Assembly (NCBI GenBank): GCA_010909165.1
Contig: MU008199.1
Span: forward strand, 1 to 64,000
Reading direction: 5' to 3'
Source of the DNA: Anthoceros angustus
Lineage: Eukaryota > Plantae > Anthocerotophyta
DNA: 64,000 bases
This document shows, one piece after another, positions 13,451 to 24,900 of the stretch (position 1 is its first letter; the number at the start of each line of letters is the position of its first letter). The translations under genes and the position numbers were made by a program. A model generated the notes under the pieces. It had not been told where the DNA came from, made no database searches, and saw only the letters and a list, made by a program, of their open reading frames with translations.

Positions 13451-14171
13451 AAAATCCTTCCCTACGAAAAGGCTACATCAGTCCGTCTTGATACACTCTC
13501 TGAGATAAACAGCACATCTAAACCCTTGCCAGCTTGCGTTCTCAGATAAACAACACATCTTAATCCTTGCCAGCTTGCTTTCTGAGACAAACAACACATC
13601 TAAACCCAATTGCAGCTTGCGTTCTGAGATATCGTAGATAGGGTAGACGGATTTAAGCTCCATGTGGCATTCTACTTTACGGTTTTGAGGCCCTACGCAG
13701 CCGGCATTGTATATGTCGAGGCCGTCGGACGTAACGCTTTGTCGTTTCCGACGTGCATGCCATGTGCATAAAGCCATGTGCCACTTCGAGCCTAGTTTCG
13801 GAGCTCTGCATCCGAGCCCCTGAGTAGCACAATCTGGTGCCTCTCCTTCCTCGAGTGCTGTGTAGGAAGCTTTCTTCTCTTCATGGGATGAACAAAAGGA
13901 TCTGGACCTGCTCGCCTTGCCCTGTCTTGCCCTGGCCGTGCCGGTCTGCTCAGCAAGGCGGCCTTTTTAGGATTAGACAAATTGGAGAAACCCAGTCTCC
14001 GATCCTCATTCATGGGCCTTCAATACGCTGCATGAGTCATAGTACAGAGGTTTACCCCACCTATCGAGTGAAGGACATTGCATTGCTGCTAGGTGTAAGT
14101 TGATGTGGCAGCTATTGTGAGTCCGAACAGGCCTGTGCCATGATTCCCTTCTCATTGACGCCGTGAGTTGT

Positions 14172-14210
14172 AGGAAGGAAGGAAGGAAGGAAGGAAGGAA
14201 GGGAGGGAGG
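14172..14210. repeat. (GGAA)n microsatellite upstream of the GRAS gene
   Basis: About 7 GGAA units followed by GGGA units. Confidence 0.9.
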
Positions 14211-14276
14211 GCCATCTGTATCTGTCAATATTTTAGAATTTGCTCCTGAAAATTGTAGAGTGCAATTGAGCGCAGC

Positions 14277-17200
14277 ATGCTCAGCTCAGCTAGGCCCCTT
14301 CTAGCAGAACCAGCAGGCATGTTCAATCGAGAAATATTTGGGGGAGGAGCTCACATACATTTCCCTCATCTTAAGACTATTGTGACAAGTCAAGACGACG
14401 ACGATGGAGGAGCGTGCTTCTATCCTTCGGATTTCCCCCCTACCCCCGCTGGCGTGTGCAACAGCCCTGGAGGTATGGACGAGAGCTTCGGGATCGAGGC
14501 CTATCTCTCCGGTACCGACGAGAATCACATGGAGCAAGAGCATGCAGCACAGGAAGCTGGGCATGGGCAGAACTATGGGGGCGATTTCGTGCCCATGCTG
14601 AGCACCAGCATGGTAACAAGTGTGAACACAGAGCCCGAACCACTACAGGCGGTGCCCGTCTTCTTGGGGCCATCTCGGAGGCCATCTCTGCCCAGCTCCC
14701 ATTCTTCCACTTCCTTGGTTACTCAGGCGAACGATCACGACCGCTGCAACGAAAACGACGCTTCTCCCAACATAGGCTCCAGCTGCGAGTGCGGGGATCC
14801 TCAGTGCATCGAAGGATCGTCAATGGCTAACGTCTCCACATCCTTCCTGGAGAGCAGATCCATGACCAGATTCTCCAGGGAGCCGCCATCAAGAGCCCAA
14901 AGCGTGGCACACTCAGGTAGTAGTAGTACAAGTTCATTGAGCAAGTGCTTTGCTAAATTCTTCATGACCCAACTGGTGCTCAACAGATGTCCTGTCCTGA
15001 CTTCCTGCAGCGGGCAGAAGCCAATCAGAGGTCTTCTCCACCACCACCGCCAGCCACCCCGGCCACAGCAACTTCGATGAAACAACAGCAGCGGTACCGG
15101 GAGCCCGCCATGGTGAGGAACCCTGCACCAGACAAGGCCTGGAGTGCGAGTTCGCCATGGAGCTGGAGGAAGCCCAAGCCAGCATGGAGGACGAGTCCCG
15201 TGCATTCGCAGACTACTACCAACAAGAAGGATTCCCTCCTGCATCCTCCGCCAGGCCCGTTTCCCCGCTCATTTCCCGCATGCTTGGAGACAACGACATC
15301 ATAGACCCCACTAAGCTCCCATCCACCGCCACCCAATCCGCCGACGGCCTCGGCTTCTGGTACAGCTCTGGCGGCGGGAGGCCGCCTGCCAGAAACGCCT
15401 TCCGCCTGCGCAGAAACTCCGCAGACAAGCAGTACGCCTTGGATCGACGGGCCCGGTACGGCGTCCTGGGCTGCAAGAGCTCGGAATCCATGAAGCAGGA
15501 AGCAGAGCCGGGCCGAGGGAAGGAATCCGCCATCCCCGACTTCCTCCGCTCCAAGCCCCTCTCCAAATGCAGGGGCCCGGCTCTGCGCCACTCCAGATCC
15601 GAGCCAGCCCTGCTGCGAGGCACCCGATGGGCCTCCTCGAGCTCGTACCCGGAAGGCGTCAAGAACCTTCCCAGACCCGGCTATGGCGGATGCTACCCCA
15701 GCGGCATGATTCCCCCTTCCTCCATGCTTCCCTCCCGCTCCTCCCAGTCCTCCGTCGAGCTCGCCTCCTGCTCCGCCTCCTCCCAGGTTCGCGCCCAGAT
15801 CCAGACCTACACCCAATCCAAGGCCTCTCACCGGGAGGAGAATCCGAGCAGACTCCAGTTGGATCCCCGCAGCCTGCACCTCTCCTCCTCCTCCTCCTCC
15901 GGCCTCTCCGCCTCCGCGCTCATCAGCCGGGCCGCCGCCGGGATGAACATCCCCGGCTGCTCCTCCGACGCCAGCTCCATCGGGATGGGCTTCTCCAAGC
16001 TCGCCACCGCCGCCGCCGCGGCAGCTTCCGGAACCTTCAAAGTTCAGCAGCAGCAGCAGCCGGTGGATGGCGGGCTGCGGCTGGTGCAGATCCTGGTGAA
16101 CTGCGCCGAGGCGGTGGCCTGCCGGGACAGCAGGCAGGCCTCGTCTCTCCTGCAGACGCTGCAGCGGCTGGCGAGCCTGCAGGGACGCCATGCAGCGCGT
16201 GGCGGCCTGCTTCCTGGACAGGCTTTCCGTGCGAATCTACAGCAGCCCGGCCGGGTTCAAGAGCTCGGGTAACAGCGCGGCGATGGCGGCAGTGCCGCCC
16301 GCCAGGATTCGAGCAGGCCCGTCCGAGCGGGAACGGGACGAGGGCTTCTCCCTCCTCTGCCAGAGCTGCCCCTACGTCGGATTCGGCCACTACACCGCTA
16401 ACACCGCCATGATGGAGGCGTTCGCCGGGGAGGACGCGCTGCACGTGATCGACCTGGGGATGTCGCACGGCCTTCAATGGCCCGGCCTCATCCGGAGCCT
16501 GGCTTCCCGCGCGGGCGGGAAGCCCCGAAGCCTGAGAATCACCGGCGTCGGGCTCGACGCGGCCAAGATGGCGGAAGCAGGAGAGCAGCTGGATCGCGTG
16601 GCGCGCGAGGCGGACCTCACCTTCGCCTTCCGGATCGTGAAGGAGAGCCTGGAGAACCTGGACCGGACCATGCTCGATCTCCGGGACGGGGAAGCGCTGG
16701 CCGTGAACTCGGTGCTGCAGCTGCACTGCGTCGTGAAGGAGAGCCGCGGCTCGCTGAACGCCGTCCTGCAGTCCATCCACGACCTGAGCCCTAAGATCCT
16801 GACGCTGGTGGAGCAAGACGCCAGCCACAACGGACCCTTCTTCATGGGCAGGTACCCGTCTTCGATCCCTAGACCTGCTACTCCTGCACCATGACCTCCA
16901 CCACTACAGCACAGCATTTGGATCAACAACACCCATCCCTTGCATGCATGCGGTCTCTGATTTGGATTCTCGCAAGCACTTGAGCTCACGGGAGAAGATG
17001 GCTATGGTAATGTGCGCAGGTTTGTGGAGTCGTTGCACTACTACTCCGCCATCTTCGATTCCCTGGACGCCACGCTGCCGAGATACTCGACGCAGAGGGT
17101 GAAGATCGAGCAGTTCCACTACGCGGAGGAGATTCGGAACATCGTGTCCTGCGAGGGCCCCGCGCGGGTGGAGCGGCACGAGAGAATCGATCAATGGCGG

Positions 17201-17374
17201 CGCCGGATGAGCCGGGCCGGGTTCCAGCCGCAGCCTCTCAAGTTCCTGCACGACACACGGCGATGGCTGGCCAGCTACGATTGCCCGGGCTACACGCTCG
17301 CGGAGGAGAAGGGCTGCCTTGTTCTGGGCTGGAATTCCAAGCCCATCATCGCCGCTTCCTCCTGGCGTTGTTGA
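14277..17374 (+). CDS. RAD1: GRAS transcription factor, RAD1-like (required for arbuscule development); exons 14277-14916, 15011-16851, 17020-17374, with an apparent frameshift at ~16185
   Basis: [93 protein letters not shown] and EEKGCLVLGWNSKPIIAASSW match the RAD1 clade as I recall it. GT-AG introns 14917-15010 and 16852-17019 keep the frame. Confidence 0.88.
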
Positions 17375-17859
17375 TTAACCACCTCACTAAACATTTCAGT
17401 CTCGCATTCATTATCAATTTCAAAGGAACCTGGAGTTGCTCGCAAACACACACATATTGCGAGGCCATTGACGCTCCAATCTAGCGCTTCTACGCGCTCG
17501 GACTGTCTGTCGTCAGGCCGCTGCCGGAGGCTCTTCACTGACTGGGTCGTGAGACGTGCGGTTAAACTTACAGCCCGAGAGATTGCTGACATTTCCTCTT
17601 ACGCAAATTCTGATTCGGAAACCGATTCTGTTAGGAGAGCTTTCCGTGACCCAGGTTCGGTCATAACCAAAGCTCCCACATTTACACATTGAGAGCGTGG
17701 TCCTGCTGAGATTGGCCGCCCAAACATGAGAACCTGGAGAACGATGGGGACCAACCACACTCCAACAACTCTACACCTCCACCTGTTACCGTCCTACCCT
17801 TACTGCACCCAAGGCTTTATAAGTAGAACCCCTTTCAAACCAAACTTTGGGGAGTTAAA

Positions 17860-19770
17860 ATGGGGAATGCTATGTTGCTGCTATTGCTTCTACTTCCGTG
17901 CCACTGGATAGTGCTGGCTGCTGCAGCAGGTATCCAAGTAGAGGCAAATAGATAGTTTATAATAGTTTTATATATTTTTTACTTTGAAGAGTTTTAAATA
18001 TTGTTTGAGTTTCAATACGATGATCTCACACTTGTATTGCTGCAGGTGGACCTTGTTCAATTAATCAGGTAGAAATCGAAGTGAATTTAAGAAGGGATTT
18101 GGATAAAAGATACAATTACTCTGTAAATCAGACCGTTCGTCTAGTAGTAGCAAGAGATATCTTGATTGATACGAGCTTAGTTTTTGATGACCTCTATGCG
18201 TGCACAATTTTGACAAGTGACCAAGACTTGCAACATAGTATATTTACTACAGATGACTCATTTCCTGCTCTTCATATTCGATCTACTTCCAACATTCTTA
18301 TTCAAAATATTAGTTTTCAGGTATATAGTTCTTCTATGTATGTTGTCCGTCATAAGTTTTTTTTATTCTTGTAGAGTTTCTTAATATTTGATCTCTGTGC
18401 TGTATATTGTAGTTCCAGAATCGGAATCCTGACCTGCCAACAAAGTGTAGCTTACCAGATGGTACAGGACGGATATGCCCGCTTATTTACGTGCACAAGT
18501 CTTATGGCGTCCAAATTGTGCAAGCTGCAAATCTCAATGGGAGAATTGATGTGTGGCGCTCAGCAAATGTGAGCATTGATAATGTATCACTCAATACAAT
18601 ATCAACGGATTGTGCAGGTATTACTGTACAAATGGTGGGTTCTGGTCCAAATTTAACAGGTGCTGATGTTTCAATTACCAACAATGTAATAACCGGTGGT
18701 GTTAATGGGGTGCTACTTTATCAACGTGCTGTTGGGGTGATTGTTGCCAACAATATGTTTGTAAATCAAATGTTTTCAGGCGTACAATGTGGTTTAGGTA
18801 TGCATAACGTTGGTGATTGCATGATGACAAATATCGCGAACAACCTCGTAACAACTGTTAATGATTTTATTCCGGGACAAGATGCTGCTGGTTTTTACTT
18901 TGATACACATTGGGTGAATCCAGGGAATTATCTCACATGTAATTATGTAGCAAATTACACACAATGCTTGTATCTGGATTATGCATCTTCTGGTGTTGTG
19001 GTGGATGGTATGATATGTTACAACACTCGTGCTGGTTTGAAGCTCAATGCAGGTCACAGCAACAAAATTTCAAGCTTTCTTAATATCCAGGTGATGTTGC
19101 CTGCTTGGATTAGTTGTCAAAATTATGACGTAAATAATTGTCTAAACGACCCAGGATCATCCTGGGATTCACAACGTCTTCAATTGTACAATTCAGAATA
19201 CTTTCAAGCGGTAAGTGGTTTTTCTTCATTTTTGAATCTATTGAAAATTTGTGCTAGAAAATGTAGTCTTTCTCCAAATGTTCAGTAATGTTTTCATAGT
19301 CACAACAATATAAGCATGCTCATTATGGTAATGTTGATTTGCAGTTGTATCCTTATTTGAATGACTTCTGCAACCTCACAAGTATCAATGGTACCGATTG
19401 CAATCCGGATGATGGATATACCGTTCCAGCAAATGTGACAGGAGCATGTAGTGGCATTCCCACAGGAAATATTGTAGAGGTTATTGTAGTGGATGCCCAA
19501 AACCAAAGATATATACCATTTTACAAGAAGTGTGATATGGTGCTAGACCCTGTGGTATCTCTCAATTCTTTTACTTTTAACAATCCATCCTTTAATCATA
19601 CTAATAGCCTATTTATAGACTTTGACAATGGTGACTTTGGTGTTCATCATAATTCCACAATCTACAATGACTTTCCAAATTTCCATTCGTGTCCAAAGCG
19701 TAAAAATGGACCACAAGTTGTAAAGTCTTCTTCTTACAGTTCTAGGTTTAACATTCCTTATAATCTTTGA
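17860..19770 (+). CDS. Secreted right-handed parallel beta-helix (pectin-lyase-fold) protein; 4 exons (~17860-17929, 18046-18320, 18413-19210, 19345-19770)
   Basis: Signal peptide MGNAMLLLLLLLPCHWIVLAAAAG; frame-preserving GT-AG introns; Asn/Val/Ile-rich strand repeats (VSITNNVITGG, VIVANNMFVN, TNIANNLV) and CLYLDYASSGVVVDG. Confidence 0.8.
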
Positions 19771-20104
19771 AGTTGCTACATGGAACGTCCTTGTACTTGA
19801 AGTTCTAAGTTTAATATTCCTTAAGAAATTCTCACCAGCCCAAGAAGTGTTAAGTATTTCCAAGCAGGAGCTAAAGAGTTTTACAAACCCTACTTGAAAG
19901 GGCAGCCTATGTTATAGCCGTTGTTGCAATTTTATGTTACACTTCCAATTTGCAACATCTTTTGGAGGCTTGGTATTAAGTTTGTCATTTCTTTCTCTAA
20001 GTGGTGCCACAATCTTAACACGATCCTGGCTCTCTCTCCTACCACCTCACCCTCATAGGTACATCCCCTCTCTCATATGCATTGTTTATGAATTTCCACA
20101 TGCC

Positions 20105-20500
20105 AGTAAGCTATAAGCTCTAGGCCCCAAACTTGTAAGCTATGACCCAATGTAAGCTGGTATCCCGAAAGCCGTAGACACACACGCAAGGCCTAAACAC
20201 CTTGAGGCTCGTAAGCTGGTATACCCGAAAGCCGTAAACATACTGTTGTCCCGAGTAGCGCCCGCTTGCGCGCGCCCTCCAACCCAAAGAACCTCGGGAA
20301 TCCGTCTTATCGAAGGTTATGCGCGTCCTCGAAACCAAAGAACCCCGGGTGTCTGCCTGTCTAGGGTGACATGTGCCTCCCAACCAAAACAGCCTTGGGA
20401 ATCCATCTCTCGAGGGCCTCCAAACCAAAGAACCAAGAACCCTAGGAATCCCCATTCCAGGGTGACGCGCGCTCGCGGCTTCTCCAAACCAAAGGGAGTA
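20105..20500. repeat. Repeat-rich TE-like segment (GTAAGCTGGTAT..CCCGAAAGCCGTA twice; CCAAACCAAAG motifs)
   Basis: Direct repeats visible at 20152-20245 and 20280-20495. Confidence 0.5.
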
Positions 20501-20603
20501 GCGGAGTTTGCACCATGGATATATCATTGCTGGAAGTCAAGACTCTCAGCTCAAATTTGGATTGAGGTTGGCCGTCGGAGAGCACCTAGAGCACCGAGCC
20601 CTT

Positions 20604-20655
20604 AAACTAACCTATCTCACGAAGCTCACGTTCCTTGTTGGTGGGTGAACAATCC
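20604..20655 (-). other. Short 25S/28S rRNA-like fragment (not a functional rRNA gene)
   Basis: The minus strand reads GGATTGTTCACCCACCAACAAGGAACGTGAGCT-TCGTGAGATAGGTTAGTTT, versus the eukaryotic LSU consensus as recalled, GGATTGTTCACCCACCAATAGGGAACGTGAGCTGGGTTTAGACCGTCGTGAGACAGGTTAGTTT, with a ~12 nt deletion. Confidence 0.75.
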
Positions 20656-20734
20656 TGGCGTTTTGCTTTAGTGGATGCCTTTCGCCATGTTTAAACCCGC
20701 TGCAGCACCACTCTATCTATGTCCCGCTAGGTAG

Positions 20735-21960
20735 CGTCCCTCTCCGTCATCGCGGAGGAAGAAACTCACTGAGGATGCAAGGCGGACCCCTCGGCCGTAG
20801 AATCGTGACCCGATTGTGCGGCGGGCGAGCAGGGCTCCCTATTTAGCTGCGCACTTTGGACTTATTCGTCCGTCACAACTGGATAGGTTCCCCCGATCGG
20901 GCACGATCCCATTGTTGACTGTGTCCGGCGTCAAGCTAGCAGTAGCGGAAATGCGAAACGATACCGCCTAGGACCCAGCGGGTTTGTGCATGCCCCAACA
21001 CCCTGGGGCTTAGCTCCGTCCTTCACGACCCCAGCGACCTACTGTTGGTTTGGGTTGTCCTTGGGATGCATGCCCCACTAAGTGAAATAGGCTTCTAGGG
21101 GGTGCCTAGCGCCATCTTGAGGTGTCCTTTAATGGGACCGGGGGACGCGAAACTCCCTCATGGAAACACCTTTGGGTTTTTACATCGGTAAAGGCCACAT
21201 GGACCGGGCTACTCTGTAGGGCAGGAATAGAAAACAAATGCGGTGGGATCACTTTTGTAGCGCACTCACTGAAGGCGCGAGCCTCCCCCTTACAGAGGCA
21301 TTTCCGCGTCTGGAGGGGGTCAATGTGGCCCTTTTCGACCGTCTATGTAGGTTAGTATATGATCCCGCACTAGTGGCTTGGCACGGCCCTCGGTTGTGGC
21401 CCCGGGTGCATTTCAAAGGGTCCGGGCTTGGGCCATGGTCATCATGAGGAGTCGCATGGGTTTCACCTATCCCAATTTTAGCCAGTGCTGATACCGATGA
21501 ATGCCTCCTAAGGGTGGTTCCTTGGAACCCAAAGCAGATATACCCTGGAAGCGGGTGTTTCTCCTTTCCTCAGCCTTAGTGGGGGAGGGAAGGGAGAGAA
21601 GGGGGGGAAGCGTCGGCCTGTTACGGCATTGGGAAGGAAGTCGATGGACCGAGCGCAGCAGCCAAGGAGACGGTCATCGAGTAGCCTCATTCTCGCGTGT
21701 TCCTTGGTCAAGGGTACGGCCTTCCACATGCGGGTCTGCGTATTTGAATGGGAGACCTAAGGGGAGTCCCCACGCTAGTATTGATAGCTCAGTGTACTAT
21801 CCAAGAGTTTGTGTGGAGTGGGTGAATCACTTCCTCTCCTCCTCCCGATCTGGCTGGGAGTTCCCTGTCATGTTCAGTGCGTTGGGGGCCCTATCTATGC
21901 TTACCGGGGGGGAGGAGGGGGAACCCCTAAAAAGCATCTTTTAGCTATGATGTTGGGAAC
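20735..21960 (-). mobile_element. Probable 5' part of a second copy of the RLE non-LTR retrotransposon, head-to-tail with the upstream copy
   Basis: 20735-21385 aligns by eye with 26150-26845. 21385-21960 has no counterpart in the window and is inferred to be further 5' sequence. Confidence 0.75.
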
Positions 21961-21968
21961 ATTAAGTT

Positions 21969-24900
21969 TTATTGAATGGCGGGAAAGTCGCCAGCTATGC
22001 ATGCAAGTATCTTGATGTCCCACAGGGTTATACGGGGGGTCAGCGTGAATAGGGGTCTTCGTCGTAGGAAGAAGGGCCCGATGGTGGTGTAGGCATCTAC
22101 GTCACCTCCCTTCTTTAGCAAGTCCCGGGTGCTCCACAATTTGAGGTTGAAGTTAAACACCACTTTATTGATCTCATCATATAGCCAAGAGACCTTTGCG
22201 CCAAGGACAAGGGCGCGGAGGGACTTGTGGAGTGAGTGTGGGATCGTGCCCATGACTCCCACAACAAATGGGATGAATCTAATGGTGGAACGGGGATTGG
22301 TCCGTTGGATTGCTGCCACCAGGGCTGCGTATTTGGCGGTTTTCTCTTCTTGGGTCTTAGCTATATAGCAATCCTGGGTCATTGCAACATCAATGATGAT
22401 GATCCAGCTGCGAAAGAAGTGATCTGACTCCTCTGGGCGTGGCCCTCTTTTGTCATAGCAAATGATTAAGTCCGATTGGAGCCGGCCGGCGACCTCCCAG
22501 AAGTGTGAAAGGCAAGAAGTTTCGGCTGCATTTGGGAACTGACCGAACTTATTATGAGCCATACAAATCCGTCCCCTGCGGAGGGGTCGACCATTGAAAC
22601 GGAATGTGAACCATGTGGCCACTTCCATGATAATCTTGTCATGTCGGAGGACCCGTAAGGTCTTGAGGCGCGGCTCGGGGCATGTGCAGAGGATGTGGGC
22701 GCCTGTTTCCCGCTTGCGGAGGGTGTAGTTGCGGCATAAAGGGTCCTCTCCGTGTGTAATGGCTCGGCCGGAGTTGCAGGGTGTGCAGTTGAAGAGAAAC
22801 CAGCACATGATGGTGAACTCGACTGCGAGGACATTGAGGTGGGTGATCCAGCTTCGACTACCTGGGGCTTGGGGGTTAGGGAAGTGCCATTGCTTCCAGC
22901 CGTCATAGCGTTCCATCTCCTGAATAGTTCCCAGATTGGGGTAATGTTCTATATACGTTGTCAGCTTGGCTATACTGGGAAATGGGGATGGGTTCGGCCC
23001 GATGTCAAACATAACTCCTTGCCCGTTGACCCAGACTTGGACTTGTTGACATACCGAGTAAAATCATGTTCCCAAATCCGACCTTCTGTCTCCCGGCTGG
23101 TGTTCAGTCCGTGCCCGTCTATAATAATGCAGCCTTTTCCGATGGTAGAAAACCAGTTGGTGAAAGGGGTGTGCGGTTGGCCCAACTCCGCTTCCAAGAG
23201 GGGGAGGGTTGGGTCCCAGTCAAAGAAGATGCGCCCAGTGCCATTGGGTATCAGGCGGCACTTGGCAAGTTCGGCTACGATTTGGGCATGGCCGATAAAA
23301 AGGGCTCGAGAATGTGGTTGTTGTAGCCAACCGAAGAGGCTAAGAACCAGCATGTTTTGACATATTTTGATGAAGTCTCGCAGGCCTAGGCCTCCCAACT
23401 CTCTAGGCATACAGAGTTGGCCTCAGACTCCTTCTTTGTCCCCCAAGCCTAAGACTCGGCAGGCTGAAACTAATATGTATGATGTGGCTTGATGAAGAGT
23501 ATCATCCAGAATGTTCAGGTGTGCTAAGGGGTAATACATGACTAGGTTTCCCCATTCATGGATCATCCGAATGCGGGACTCGGGGTGAACTAACCTGAGG
23601 CGTTGGGTGTCATCCCTGATGAGTGCAAGCCGTTTGGTGAATTTGTCCAGTGCTGGGGTCCCGGGCCCCACAACGTGGCCGTCAGCATCTTGAAGATGTG
23701 CGATTCCATTGCCCTCACTTGTGGGTCAAATGCTGGATGCTTAGGTGTTGGAAGCAGCCATCACGGACGTGTAGAACCAAGATAGAGGTCGCCTTGGCTC
23801 GGATCCATTCGCATTCAATCCCCACCATCCGTACTTGGCTATGTCGAATTTTATTCCGATCGTGAAAGCGGACTCTGAATGGCCATTGCTTGGATATCAC
23901 TCCAAATATTCGAGTCTCATCATCCATAAAGTCCACCACAGCGGATCGCGATGCCGCATTCTATATCCATGGCACCCGTTGCACCCATTTGGAAAGTGAG
24001 CGTGGAGTGGGAATGAATGTGAGTGGACTTATGGTGTTCCTTGGGAATACCTCGGGAAATGAGGATCTCATCAGGTATTTTGGCCCTTGAGGAGACACAT
24101 CCTGCCGCCCGAGCATTTACCACATAGCCTTGGCGAGGGTGGAGAGGGGTTAAGTGGATGATCTTGGAAATGAGGCATATTTCCACGATCTGGCGTTCTT
24201 GAGGTTTGTGAAGAGGACAAAGACCGCCCTGTGTGCGTGTTCTAGCACTAGGGCCAAGGTGATATTGCCATCTAGGCATCCCGCTACTTCTGATGTGACT
24301 CCAACTTGCATAGTGGATTGGAGGTTGAAGCGGAGGTCTTTGTGAATTGCTGCATTAGGGTGGAAGACCTTCGTGACCGCTGGGAGTAGCGTGATAGTCG
24401 CCACTGGGTTAGCATCCTCTCGTAAATGGAGGGAAGAAGCCTCACAAGGGGTGCAAGGCCGGACCCTTGAGATGGGCGAATGACTGACCCAACTAGTACT
24501 TGTGCGAAGGCGAGAGAGGGCTCCTTATTTAGCTAGCTGCGCACATTGGACTTATTAAATGTCACAACTAGACAGGTCCCCGATCGGCCACTACAGGGCT
24601 TGGGGGTTAGGAAGTGCCATTGCTTCCGGTGTCATAGCGTTCCATCTCTGAATAGTTCCCAGTTGGGGTAATGTTCTATATCGTTGTCACTTGGCTATCT
24701 TGGAAATGGGATGGGTTGCCCGATGTCAAACATAACTCCTTGCCCGTTGACCCAGACTTGGACTTGTTGACATCTGAGTAAAATCATGTTCCCAAATCGT
24801 CATCTCCATTTGGTGTTGATCCAGGTGCCTATAATAATGCACTTTTAGATGGTAGAAAACCGGTTGGTGAAAGGGTGTCTTAAACTCGCCTCCAAGAGGG

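Noticed and set aside
14917-15080. Apparent stop or frameshift at the end of the 267 aa ORF
   Set aside because: Resolved by a GT-AG intron at 14917-15010 that joins it in frame to the GRAS exon.
15025-16989. Long antisense and alternative-frame ORFs over the GRAS gene (388, 281, 263 aa)
   Set aside because: Shadow ORFs from very high GC3; no domain motifs.
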